The notes beneath the pieces are model-generated. The model was given only the letters and a program-made list of their open reading frames with translations, was not told where the DNA came from and ran no database searches. This document shows, piece after piece, positions 40,110-49,985 of a stretch of 64,000 nucleotides of DNA. How positions within the stretch are numbered: position 1 is the stretch's first letter; each line of letters begins with the position of its first letter. The position numbers were made by a program, and so were the translations under genes. Origin of the DNA: Candidatus Forterrea multitransposorum CG_2015-17_Forterrea_25_41 (lineage in GTDB: Archaea; Iainarchaeota; Iainarchaeia; Iainarchaeales; CSSED10-239); contig CP045477.1 in the NCBI GenBank assembly GCA_009392915.1, positions 672,001-736,000 of the forward strand, in the 5' to 3' direction.

Positions 40110-41456
40110 TTATAAAAAATATCTTGGAACCTCTAACAAACTTAAAAAGATACAAGCAGGAATAACTAACCTATTTTCTACAAAAACATCTCCAGGGGGC
40201 AAAACTGATTTAGATAATATTAAATAGTCTTTAACAAAATTAACATTATTTGGTTTTATTAAAGTATTTCTATATTTTACTTCTACTGCTTTTTTAAAAA
40301 CAATAAAATCAATTTCTTTTTTATCAACATTAAAATAAGATAAATCTAAATTATATAGATTATGTAAATGACTTGCAACAATGTTTTCAACTATAACACC
40401 TAATTTTTGTTCATTAAATAACAATTCTTTACTTTGAGCAAAATAATCTATATTTTTATAAAAATTTGTAATTGCATGTATTATAAAAGGATCTTTTACA
40501 TAAAATTTTTTAAGAATAGAAGATTGATTTTCTTTAACTTCAAAAACAACTAATAGCTCTGACAAAGTATTTAAGTAACTTTTAATAACATCTTGAGAAT
40601 AACCTGTTTTTTGTTGAATTGTAGAATATTTAATTTGGTTTGATAAAGAATCTATTAAAACTCTTAAAATTGCAATAGATTTTTGTTTATCTATTTTTTC
40701 AAATATTTTTTCTACAATATCTTCATAATATTTTTCAGATATATGATTTTTTTCAAAAAAAGAATTTATTGTTTCTGGAAAACCACCAGTTAATAAATAA
40801 TTATAGAAATATTTATTAATTTCTTCAAAATAATTTTCTAATAATTTATATTTCTCATAAATTAAAGTATTATCTTCACTTAGATTTATATGGTTATTTA
40901 ATATTACATCATGTAGTTTTAGGTTTTCTTTTTTTAATATAGTTAAAATATATTGTCTAAAAGTTAATGGGCCCATAATATTTTTTTTTTCAGACCTTCC
41001 AATTAGATATTGCCTACAAGCATCTATTGCTCTTGGATCAGAACCAGTAACAAATACACAAACATCTTTTAATAAATTTAAATCTTTTAAAGATTTTAAA
41101 AATAAACAACCTTCTTTTAAAGACTGAATTTCATCTAATAAAATTATTTTTTTATTATTTATTTTAATATCATGTTCTATAGTTTTTATTAATTCACTAG
41201 ATCTTATATTTAAAAGAGTGTCAAAATTAATGTAAGTAGAAGTATTTGGGTTATCTTGAGCAATTTTTTTTAAAAAAATAGTTTTTCCAACTCTTCTAGG
41301 GCCCTTTATTAAGTATATTTTGTTAGGAGCTATCTCTAATTGCTTTCTTTCGATGGAATATCTATTATTTTTTATTTTGGTAATCTCTAAGTCTTCTTTT
41401 CCTTGCCACCAAGGATTTTGTAAAATTATGTTTTTCCAATCAAGCATATATATCAT
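40110..41456 (-). CDS. AAA+ ATPase of the archaeal ATPase (AAA_14/DUF4143-like, COG1373-type) family.
   Basis: Walker A 'IYLIKGPRRVGKTIFL' and Walker B 'IILLDEIQ'. 448 aa with a C-terminal DUF4143-like region. Confidence 0.6.
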   Translation of the reverse strand: MIYMLDWKNIILQNPWWQGKEDLEITKIKNNRYSIERKQLEIAPNKIYLIKGPRRVGKTIFLKKIAQDNPNTSTYINFDTLLNIRSSELIKTIEHDIKINNKKIILLDEIQSLKEGCLFLKSLKDLNLLKDVCVFVTGSDPRAIDACRQYLIGRSEKKNIMGPLTFRQYILTILKKENLKLHDVILNNHINLSEDNTLIYEKYKLLENYFEEINKYFYNYLLTGGFPETINSFFEKNHISEKYYEDIVEKIFEKIDKQKSIAILRVLIDSLSNQIKYSTIQQKTGYSQDVIKSYLNTLSELLVVFEVKENQSSILKKFYVKDPFIIHAITNFYKNIDYFAQSKELLFNEQKLGVIVENIVASHLHNLYNLDLSYFNVDKKEIDFIVFKKAVEVKYRNTLIKPNNVNFVKDYLILSKSVLPPGDVFVENRLVIPACIFLSLLEVPRYFL

Positions 41457-41589
41457 ATATGCTAACTAGTATATAAACTTTTCTAAAAGTTACAGGGCTA
41501 ACCCTTGAGAAACACCCTTTTCTTACAGGATACACCCATGAGAAAAGCAAAAGTATATATATAAGCAACTTATTAATACTAAATAGTTT

Positions 41590-41655
41590 CTAACCGGCTA
41601 GTCTATTGACCGGTTTATATTGTTAACCGGCTAGTCTATTGACCGGTTTTTAAAA
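41590..41655. promoter_or_regulatory. Two tandem 33-bp units, each containing the GC-rich palindrome AACCGG-N12-CCGGTT, about 140-190 bp upstream of the AAA+ ATPase gene.
   Basis: 41592..41615 and 41625..41648 are identical ('aaccggctagtctattgaccggtt'), with 6-bp inverted arms. GC-rich in an AT-rich intergenic region. Confidence 0.5.
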
Positions 41656-41687
41656 TAAAACTTAAAATAAAATTATATTTAAATATA

Positions 41688-42197
41688 CTAAACAAACTTA
41701 GAACTTGTTGTTGCTAAAAAAGAACCTAAAAGAGCAGTTATTAATTGTAAAACACCCATGTTAATTAAAAAAACTTTTGGAAAGTTTAAAATAAAAATAA
41801 AAGCTAAAGAAACAATAAATAATAAAGAAAATTTAATTACAGAAGAGATTACTGAAGAAAACCATTTATTATTAATAAATCTTCTATAAGAAACAATAAA
41901 GATTAAGTTTGAAAGCCAAATAAAAGGAAGATAGTATAAAAGAAAAGAAGTATTTGTACTAAAAATAATACCTGCACTTAAAACTCCTAAAGAAGGTAAA
42001 AAAAGTAAAGGTAATAAATATTTAAGTTTAAAATAAAGAGCAGCTCTTATTAAAAAGAAATTAACTAAAGTACCTATAAGCCATTGAGGATGACCTATTA
42101 AAAAAGGAAGAAAAAAAGAAACTATTGAATAGATTGTAAACTCATAAACTTCTAAGTTTATGTATTTATAGTTTTGTTGTTGTTTGTAAAGATTCAT
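41688..42197 (-). CDS. Polytopic membrane protein, hypothetical.
   Basis: 169 aa with 4-5 hydrophobic helices. Confidence 0.35.
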   Translation of the reverse strand: MNLYKQQQNYKYINLEVYEFTIYSIVSFFLPFLIGHPQWLIGTLVNFFLIRAALYFKLKYLLPLLFLPSLGVLSAGIIFSTNTSFLLYYLPFIWLSNLIFIVSYRRFINNKWFSSVISSVIKFSLLFIVSLAFIFILNFPKVFLINMGVLQLITALLGSFLATTSSKFV

Positions 42198-42208
42198 GTT
42201 TATTTCTT

Positions 42209-43144
42209 TTAAAATTTATATTTTTCTCTTAATTTACCTATAAATAATTCAGCAACACTACTATTTACATGATTTTCATTATACCTAGAATTATTAAAAA
42301 AATTCTTATAAAAAGAATTTAATTCACTAGGATCAATTTTAGATAACTCTCTTTTATAGTGGACTCTATAAGATCTAGGATGATTTAATAAGTTTATTAA
42401 AGAATTTACTTTTCTTAAAGTTGTTTTATTTAATTGAGCCCTAACTTTAATTAAACTTCTTTCTCCTCTTTTATTAATATTAGAGATATTTTTAGAATAA
42501 TCAATTTCTTTTAAAGGAGCATTTGGTTTTTGAACAGTTATCATAAAAGATAAAATATCATGAATATTATGTTCTTTTAAATTTGTAAATTTTAAGTTAT
42601 TTATGTAAAGATATCTATTTAAGCTTTCTCTTAAAACATTTGGATCATTAACTTTTAAGTTTTGTTTAAAAGCTTTTATTTCTTGTCTTGTTGGTTCTAA
42701 TTCTAGAAATAAAGAAAAATATTTTTTTTTAATAATTTCGTCTTGTCTTTTTTCTCTATCTATAGCTCTTGTTTTTAAATATTGTTCTTGTTTTTTTTTA
42801 AAATTTTCTAAATCTTGTTTTTTATTAATTTCATGCTTAAAAGAAGCATCTTCTTTTGCATCTTGAAAAGCTTTAAGTAAATTTTTTTTTTCTGAATTTA
42901 ATTTTTCAATAGAAATAGCAATTTTTCTTTTTTCAATAGAGCCATTTGGTTTTAATTTATTTAATTTTTCTAAAGAAGATTCAATTTTATCTAATTTAGA
43001 TTTATAATTAGAGACAACAGCATCTTTTTTTAAATCAGGTCTAGAATTTATTTTAGCTTCTTTTTGTTTAATAGCTTCTTGTCTTGAAGTTACTTTTTTT
43101 CTTAATTGAGAAAAGCTTTTTTTAAATGGATTTTTTATTAACAT
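42209..43144 (-). CDS. Hypothetical basic coiled-coil protein.
   Basis: 311 aa, K/E-rich. Confidence 0.3.
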   Translation of the reverse strand: MLIKNPFKKSFSQLRKKVTSRQEAIKQKEAKINSRPDLKKDAVVSNYKSKLDKIESSLEKLNKLKPNGSIEKRKIAISIEKLNSEKKNLLKAFQDAKEDASFKHEINKKQDLENFKKKQEQYLKTRAIDREKRQDEIIKKKYFSLFLELEPTRQEIKAFKQNLKVNDPNVLRESLNRYLYINNLKFTNLKEHNIHDILSFMITVQKPNAPLKEIDYSKNISNINKRGERSLIKVRAQLNKTTLRKVNSLINLLNHPRSYRVHYKRELSKIDPSELNSFYKNFFNNSRYNENHVNSSVAELFIGKLREKYKF

Positions 43145-43346
43145 AAAATATCAAAACTCCTTTTAAATTTATAAAGTGATAATTATAAAGTATATAAAAA
43201 GTATTAAAAAGCTATATTATTTAAAAAAATAATAAAAGATTTAGAAGAAAAAGTAAAAATTAATAAAAACTTAATTTTAAAAAAAATAAAAAGAAAAGAA
43301 AAAAGAAAGAAATAAATTCCTTCCTTTAATCTTTATGTTTTAGAAT

Positions 43347-45860
43347 CTAGTCTAACATTTCGATAGCGTTGATTAATTCTTTTGCAGCGTCAGCTGTGTC
43401 TGCAGCAGAGAATCCAGCAACAACGATGTTACCGTTTTCAACAGAACCAACAACAAATTGACCAGCTTCTGTTAAGAATTCATCAGTAATTCCACTAGCT
43501 AAAGAATTAACTAAGTGTCCACCAACGATTATCTTAGCACCAGCACTTGTCATTGTTTCGTTGTCAAGGTATACAATTCTTTGTGTACTTGCATTCCAGT
43601 TAGCAGGTGTCATAGCTGTCATTTCTTCTCCACCAGTTACTGTTGAAGTGATTAATTTAGCTGAGATCATACCGTCTTCTGTTTCAACAACTGTACCAGG
43701 AGTAGTTAAAACAAGTTCTCCACCGTTAAGTGTAGTTTCTGAAGAAACTCCTCCACCTATGAAGATTTGTCCTTTTAATTGTTTCTCAGGAAGAGTAAAC
43801 ATTGGATACCCGTCTTCTATTGTTGCGTAAGCACCGTATGTTGTATAACCGAAAACTAAATCTGAATCGTTACCTTTATCTGATAAATCAAATGTGTCTG
43901 ACCCATTAGCACCGTATACTTGCTTATAAGTACCTAAAAAGTCATTATCATTTAAGTTAACCATATCTCCTGTGTATGCATCCATATACATTGTAATAGA
44001 ATCTGATCCATTAGTTACAGTTATTGCAGCAATAGATTCAAAATCATCATTTGCATAATTATCTGTAAATGTTGCACTATCTACTCTATCACCAATAAAT
44101 GAAGCATCAGATATAAATCCAGCAGCAGTATTAGTTGAATCTATTCCAGAAACATCCCATGTATAACCTGTGTCTCCAATTCCTAAATCAACTGTTTGAT
44201 TATTTTTCAAACCCATTGCAACTGTTTTAATTGTATTATAAACTGCATCTGCAGAAGCTGTTTTTGCAACACCAGGAGCTACCATCACAGTATACTCTAC
44301 ATCTCTAGCATCGTTGTTATATAAAGGAATTCTTAAATTTGTATATAATCCTGTATTAACATCTTGAACACTACCAGATTTAGAATAATAATCAGGAGTA
44401 GTTGAAACCCATGTTGGAGTTGATCCATCTGCACCAGTTAAATACTTACCATCTGAATCTTCTAATTGAACTGTGAAATTAACATCATTAGCAGCAGCAG
44501 TATAGAACTTGAAATACAATTCTTTACCATCTAATAATAATGAAGTGTATGAATCTCTAGCAGTTGTTGCTTCGTCGTAATCATACATGAAAACTTCGTG
44601 ATCTTTTCTATCAGCATCTGTAAAGTAGATGTAATTATCTTGAGCATAGAATTCTGCTGATTTTTCTTCAGTTAAACCTAAGAAATCAATTGAACCAAAT
44701 CCTAAAGGAAGCTCTACTGAATCTCCAACTCTTAATGAGTCATCATTAGTAAATCTTAATGATGTATCATCTGTAGATAAAGTGATTTTTGTTAAATAAC
44801 CAGAAGCACCAGGTGCTGAAGGAGTAAAATCAACTTTCCATAATTTATCATCTTTATTAGGGAAATCAGTTATTTTTGACCCATTCTTTAACTCTAATTT
44901 TCCTGAAGATCCAGTTATTACTTTAACAGTAGTTGCGTAAACAGTATCAACATCGATATTAGATTCTAAGTAGCTATCAAATATCTTTGTATCACCAGTT
45001 CTGAATACATCAGTTGCAACAACACTACCTGTTGAATCTTTTAAGTTCATTTCAGCTTGGTATCTGTTTGTTGTGTCACCAGTATCTAAAATATTTACAA
45101 CTTCAATTGTGTAATCGTCAGCAGTAAATGATGCACCAGGAGCATATGTTTGAGTAGCTAAGTTTTGAACTAATTTTAATGTTGTACCATCGAATGAATC
45201 AACAGTGTAGTTCTTACCCATTAAATTAAATTTAAGTCTTGGGCTTGCACCAGCATCTGTGTAATCTCCTTTAATACCTTCATCAAAATCAACAGAGTAT
45301 GATATAGCACCTTTGTCGATTGAAGCAACTAAATCTTTGACATCTTTATCTTTATTAAAGTAAACATTTGCTGTTACTGACAACTCATCAGAAATTGTTA
45401 AAGTACTTGCACCAGCGTGATCTGAATCAGCAGATGTATCTGTCTTATATAACATAGAATAATCTGTTTCATCAATTACTTTTGCAGTATTAGTCATATC
45501 ATTTAATGTGTAATTATCTGATAAGTAACCGTCACCTGATATTGTTGATGTACTTGAAGAACCTACTTCGATAGTTACGTCTTGTAAAGAAGCTCCGCCA
45601 ACTGTACCTGTAGTTGTGTATGCTTTCTTTCCGATAGCAGCAGCTATGTTACCAGCCCATACTACATCAACTGGTTGTGCCATAGAACCAACTACAACAC
45701 TAACACTTGGAACACCATTATTATACATTGTATCTTTAGTGATGTTCATAGAAAAGTTATCTGCACCAACGTTAGCAGCAACAACTGATCCAGCTAAAAG
45801 AGCTGAAACACCTAAAGCAGCTACACCAGCAACAACTTTTTTCATGTTTATATTTTTCAT
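43347..45860 (-). CDS. Secreted S-layer-like surface protein.
   Basis: Signal peptide 'MKKVVAGVAALGVSALLAGSVVAANVGA'. 837 aa, T/S/D/G/V-rich with beta-rich low-complexity composition. GC content and codon usage are visibly higher than the neighbours. Confidence 0.5.
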   Translation of the reverse strand: MKNINMKKVVAGVAALGVSALLAGSVVAANVGADNFSMNITKDTMYNNGVPSVSVVVGSMAQPVDVVWAGNIAAAIGKKAYTTTGTVGGASLQDVTIEVGSSSTSTISGDGYLSDNYTLNDMTNTAKVIDETDYSMLYKTDTSADSDHAGASTLTISDELSVTANVYFNKDKDVKDLVASIDKGAISYSVDFDEGIKGDYTDAGASPRLKFNLMGKNYTVDSFDGTTLKLVQNLATQTYAPGASFTADDYTIEVVNILDTGDTTNRYQAEMNLKDSTGSVVATDVFRTGDTKIFDSYLESNIDVDTVYATTVKVITGSSGKLELKNGSKITDFPNKDDKLWKVDFTPSAPGASGYLTKITLSTDDTSLRFTNDDSLRVGDSVELPLGFGSIDFLGLTEEKSAEFYAQDNYIYFTDADRKDHEVFMYDYDEATTARDSYTSLLLDGKELYFKFYTAAANDVNFTVQLEDSDGKYLTGADGSTPTWVSTTPDYYSKSGSVQDVNTGLYTNLRIPLYNNDARDVEYTVMVAPGVAKTASADAVYNTIKTVAMGLKNNQTVDLGIGDTGYTWDVSGIDSTNTAAGFISDASFIGDRVDSATFTDNYANDDFESIAAITVTNGSDSITMYMDAYTGDMVNLNDNDFLGTYKQVYGANGSDTFDLSDKGNDSDLVFGYTTYGAYATIEDGYPMFTLPEKQLKGQIFIGGGVSSETTLNGGELVLTTPGTVVETEDGMISAKLITSTVTGGEEMTAMTPANWNASTQRIVYLDNETMTSAGAKIIVGGHLVNSLASGITDEFLTEAGQFVVGSVENGNIVVAGFSAADTADAAKELINAIEMLD

Positions 45861-46546
45861 TTTTTATTCACCTTTTTATTTGTTTTTTATAAAACAAAGA
45901 TTGAACCTGTATATTAAAATTTTGATTAACAAAAAAACAAAGTTAAAAACAACACAACAGATTCTCTTTACAAAAAACACTTCATCGTAATCTGTAGAAT
46001 ACACTACAGATACTAATGTCCTCTGTAAGATAATTAAAGAGCAGTTTTGTTTAAAAACCTTTCTTTTTCAGAAAGAAAACAATAGGTTTTTAAAGGAATA
46101 ACTTCAGAAATTAACTCTTCATTATAAGCATATAAGAGACTTCTTCTTTCTCTTTACTTATAAGAGATTTATCTCATAAGGTAATTAATTATTTGTTTTA
46201 AAAAAAGAAGGTTTTTACTTATAACTTAAAAGAATAGTTTTCTTTTGTTTTTCCTCAAAAAAAACATTATTTATTCTCTTTAACTATATATAATATATAG
46301 TATATATAATATTAAAAAGATATTGTTTTTAAGAAAAAAAGAGTTTTTTTTAGGTAAAAGAGGAGTTTTAGAGAATACCTATTAGAGGTTTATACTCTTC
46401 TTTATAGGTATTATACCTTCTTTTATAGAGAATAAAGAAAAAATATTATAAGAGAAGAAAGAACTAATTGTTTAAAAGAAGAGTTATAATAAAGAATCTT
46501 TACTTGATAATATATAGAGAGTTTACTCATTTTACTCGTATCCTCT

Positions 46547-46765
46547 TTAAGCAGGAATCTCTATTGAATATAACTTTGCAGGAAATATGTTTTTAATAAC
46601 CTCTTTAACATCTTCATCTTCTAGAAATAAAGAAACTGCTTCTTTAAGATTTTCAAGAGCATTATTTTCATCATCTCCTTGACTAACTACATTTAATTCT
46701 GGACAAAGTGCTACAAATATTTTATCTTCTTTTGTAATTATTGCTGAAAATTTCATAAATATCAC
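46547..46765 (-). CDS. hicB: HicB-family antitoxin-like protein (orphan copy).
   Basis: 'FVALCPELNVVSQGDDENNALENLKEAVSLFLED' (UPF0150/HicB fold motif). The 5' region is identical to that of 47280..47486. Confidence 0.55.
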   Translation of the reverse strand: MIFMKFSAIITKEDKIFVALCPELNVVSQGDDENNALENLKEAVSLFLEDEDVKEVIKNIFPAKLYSIEIPA

Positions 46766-47046
46766 CTAATATATTATAGTTATAAACAAAATTTAAAGCT
46801 TTTTTTTTAAAGTCTAAGTTAAAAGCTCGTTTTTAAACATTGCGTGTTAAATGAGCAAAACCAAGTTTAAGCTTATGGCAAGGATTTTTCATATTATCAA
46901 ACCATTGCGCGTGAACCGAGAGAAACCGGTTCAACAAAAAGTTTTTATTTATGTCGATTTAAATCGACAAAGAAAAGTATTTTTGACGATTATTTTCGCT
47001 AAAACAACCTAATAGAAAATAACTACTAATATTTTTTTTAGATATA

Positions 47047-47277
47047 TTATACCAATTTTAAAAATTCATCTCTTGTAAGACCTAAATCTTTTTTAATAAT
47101 TTTATTAAGTAAACCTGGTCTTAATTTTTCAGAACCATGATTAGGGATTGTAATTTTATGATTATCTTCTTTGTTTATAAAAGTCATATGACTTCCAGAA
47201 CTATGACTATACTCATAGCCAATTTTTGAAATAATTTCACCTAATTCTTTTCCAGTTATCAAAGGTAGCTCAGACAA
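47047..47277 (-). CDS. hicA: HicA-family mRNA interferase toxin.
   Basis: 'ITGKELGEIISKIGYEYSHSSGSHMTF...HKITIPNHG.EKLRPGLLNKIIKK' is HicA/YcfA-like. The stop overlaps the upstream hicB. Confidence 0.7.
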   Translation of the reverse strand: MSELPLITGKELGEIISKIGYEYSHSSGSHMTFINKEDNHKITIPNHGSEKLRPGLLNKIIKKDLGLTRDEFLKLV

Positions 47278-47279
47278 AA

Positions 47280-47486
47280 CTACACCTCTAATTGTTGTAA
47301 GCCTATAAATTTAGAAACAGGAACTTCAATTTTAGTTTCAGAAGTATGACACTTGATAGCTTCTTTTGTTCTTTCTATTAATTCATCCATAGTTTTTGCT
47401 TGAGAATAGCAACCAGGTAATTCTAAGACTTCTGAAATGTACCAACCATCAGAATCTTTTTCAATAATTATATTATATTTATCCAT
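47280..47486 (-). CDS. hicB: HicB-family antitoxin.
   Basis: 'IIIEKDSDGWYISEVLELPGCYSQAKTMDELIERTKEAIKCH' is a typical HicB. Immediately upstream of hicA. Confidence 0.7.
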   Translation of the reverse strand: MDKYNIIIEKDSDGWYISEVLELPGCYSQAKTMDELIERTKEAIKCHTSETKIEVPVSKFIGLQQLEV

Positions 47487-47539
47487 ATTATTTTCACCTA
47501 ATATATTATAGTTATAAACAAAATTTAAAACATTCTTTT

Positions 47540-49927
47540 TTAGTAAGGCAAAGCAGCATTGTTATTTGCAAGAAGACATAAACAAACTTTTAAATCTACT
47601 TGAGAAGTAAACTGAGTAACTCCATCGTTTGTAGTTAAAGTTAAAGTTCTTGTAAAACCTGCAGGGAAATTACCTAAATAAGTTAAACTTCTATTTGGTT
47701 CTATTAAAGAAGGTTGTGAAACTTTAAATAATTTAGAAGAAATATTTGTTTTAGGTAAAGGTTTAGTTGTTATTGATAAATTATTACTCTTTACAGAAGT
47801 GTAAGGAGGAGACGCTAAACCTAAGTCATATGGACTTGCAGAAAAATTACAATCGTTTGAAATTATTTGAGAACCATACTTCCAAACACAACTTACATTA
47901 TTATAATTATTATAAACAGCAACAGTAAAATCTAAATCTTCTTTGTAAGGATAACTTCTGTTTTCTTCAGGACTTAAAACTTCATGATAATGTGCTTCTG
48001 GCATTGTAACATTAATTGTTACAATATCTGTGTCTTGTCTTGAAAAATCATCTGTTACTATTAATTTAATTTCATATTCTGAAGTTTCTAAATTTAATTG
48101 ACCAGGAGTTTTATTTAAGTTACATTGGTTTGAAAAATTAGTATAAGAACTATTACCTTGTTTTTTGTGTTGCCATTGACAACTAGAATCGCCAATTTCA
48201 TTTTCTATAGAAGAAGAAAATGAAATAACATCATCAATCTCATAAGAAGAATTGTTTTCTGGAGAAGTGATTTCTGCTTCAAGGTCTAAAGGTTCTGTAA
48301 CTGTTAAATAAACATCAACAGTTGTTCCACTTTCTGATAAACCTTCAAGACGGATACCACTATCAACTAAACCATTGTAGGTTGTTGAAGTGGTGTCTCT
48401 TATTACTTGACAATTTGGATCGATTCTTGAAACATCATCAAATTTACCTTCTACAATTTCTGGGTTACAACCACCAAAATCATCCGGAAGTTCGGTTGTA
48501 TATAGATCACTATGAGTTCTAGAAGGGCTAGTATAAGCATCTAATATATTTTGTTCGAAAATAATACCAGGATGACTTATTGTATCATCATAATAATCAT
48601 CATCTTCATCGTACATGATACTGTTAAAAGCTATATCCCCAGCATAACGATCATCAATATAAGCTTCATCAACATGTAAAACATCTATTCCACCATTTGC
48701 ATTAAAAACTGGTGTAGTTACACCAAATAAATATCTATCTAAAGAAGTATCAGAAATATATCTATTAGTGATTAAAAAATATTCTCGATCACCCATGGTA
48801 TCAGGGTTGTTTAAAAGATAAGCATCATTACTAGTATCATAAGGACCTAAACTATAAATGTCTGCTTGAGAAGCAGAATTTATAACAACAGGATTAAGCC
48901 AGCCAAAAAAGAATTTTGACCAAGAATCAAAATTAACTGGTTTTTTATGATCTTGACCAACATCAATATCAAAAACCATTACAGTGTGACCTCCAAGACC
49001 AGAGCCTAACTGAATACCAGTATAACTAAGTTCATAAAGATCTGGAAGACCTAAAACATGAGCAAACTCATGAACAGCAGAATCAATACTTAATCTACAG
49101 TCTGTTGGATAATTAAAATAATTTATCCAGTTTTGACAAATAGATTGAAGATGACGAGAAGGAACTACAGCAACATTACCATAAAGCATACCTTGTATTT
49201 CTAAAGTTGTTTCTTTATAAATTCTTGCTTGAGAAATAATATTATTACCCATCTCTTGAGCAGGAAGACCAGCATGAACTAAAACAACACCATCAAGTCT
49301 ACCATCACCATCAGAATCATATTGTGTGAAATCAATTGAATTACTTCCAGTTCCAAAAAGATTTAATGTTTCAACAATAAGTTCATGAACATTATTGTTG
49401 TTATAATAATAACTATAATTGTGAGAAACAGTTCTCCAATCATAAACATCATATGAAATATCTAAAGAATCATAAGAATTGTGTTTATAAAATTCACTTA
49501 CACTTATACCTTCACCAGATAAATAATTATTTGAATTATAAACATCATCATAAACTGATGCTGTTAAACCTGCATCAGGAGAAAGATCAGGAAATTTAAC
49601 TAATAAAACAGGAATACTATAATTACCGGTTGTTGGAGAAGTTCCTATTTTATTATCTAAGGTTGTTGTTTCAAAATCTCTTGTAGAAACATTAGAAGAA
49701 TAATTTAAACCTAAACTTGCAGGAGTTTCTCCTGGAGGAAGACAAATACTTCCTGAACAATAACTTGAAAGAATTGGTGGAATTTCAAAGACAGGAGGTT
49801 TAGATTTTGTAATTGGTTTTATAACTGCAATATTTTCTGCACTTGAAGAAGCTTCTTTAGAATAAACTAAAGGAAGAAGTAAAAGTGAGAAAATTATTAT
49901 AACTACTAAAAATATTCTTTTATCCAT
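47540..49927 (-). CDS. Secreted zinc metalloprotease, M6 (immune inhibitor A-like) family.
   Basis: Signal peptide 'IFLVVIIIFSLLLLPLVYS'. 'AVHEFAHVLGLPDLYE' matches the M6 HExxHxxGxxD motif. 795 aa with C-terminal beta domains. Confidence 0.65.
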   Translation of the reverse strand: MDKRIFLVVIIIFSLLLLPLVYSKEASSSAENIAVIKPITKSKPPVFEIPPILSSYCSGSICLPPGETPASLGLNYSSNVSTRDFETTTLDNKIGTSPTTGNYSIPVLLVKFPDLSPDAGLTASVYDDVYNSNNYLSGEGISVSEFYKHNSYDSLDISYDVYDWRTVSHNYSYYYNNNNVHELIVETLNLFGTGSNSIDFTQYDSDGDGRLDGVVLVHAGLPAQEMGNNIISQARIYKETTLEIQGMLYGNVAVVPSRHLQSICQNWINYFNYPTDCRLSIDSAVHEFAHVLGLPDLYELSYTGIQLGSGLGGHTVMVFDIDVGQDHKKPVNFDSWSKFFFGWLNPVVINSASQADIYSLGPYDTSNDAYLLNNPDTMGDREYFLITNRYISDTSLDRYLFGVTTPVFNANGGIDVLHVDEAYIDDRYAGDIAFNSIMYDEDDDYYDDTISHPGIIFEQNILDAYTSPSRTHSDLYTTELPDDFGGCNPEIVEGKFDDVSRIDPNCQVIRDTTSTTYNGLVDSGIRLEGLSESGTTVDVYLTVTEPLDLEAEITSPENNSSYEIDDVISFSSSIENEIGDSSCQWQHKKQGNSSYTNFSNQCNLNKTPGQLNLETSEYEIKLIVTDDFSRQDTDIVTINVTMPEAHYHEVLSPEENRSYPYKEDLDFTVAVYNNYNNVSCVWKYGSQIISNDCNFSASPYDLGLASPPYTSVKSNNLSITTKPLPKTNISSKLFKVSQPSLIEPNRSLTYLGNFPAGFTRTLTLTTNDGVTQFTSQVDLKVCLCLLANNNAALPY

Positions 49928-49985
49928 ATATATTTATTGATTTAACTTATATAAAAAGTTAACTTATTAACTTTTTAAAATAACT

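Noticed and set aside
41470-41560. tRNA-like or structured RNA in 'acagggctaacccttgag...cttacaggatacaccc'.
   Set aside because: It has short 4-bp complementarity only and no T-loop (GTTCRANYC) or cloverleaf arrangement. It is probably random, or part of the ATPase promoter region.
41590-41655. Possible CRISPR array.
   Set aside because: Only two repeat copies with a 9-bp spacer and no cas genes. It is better explained as a tandem operator-like palindrome.
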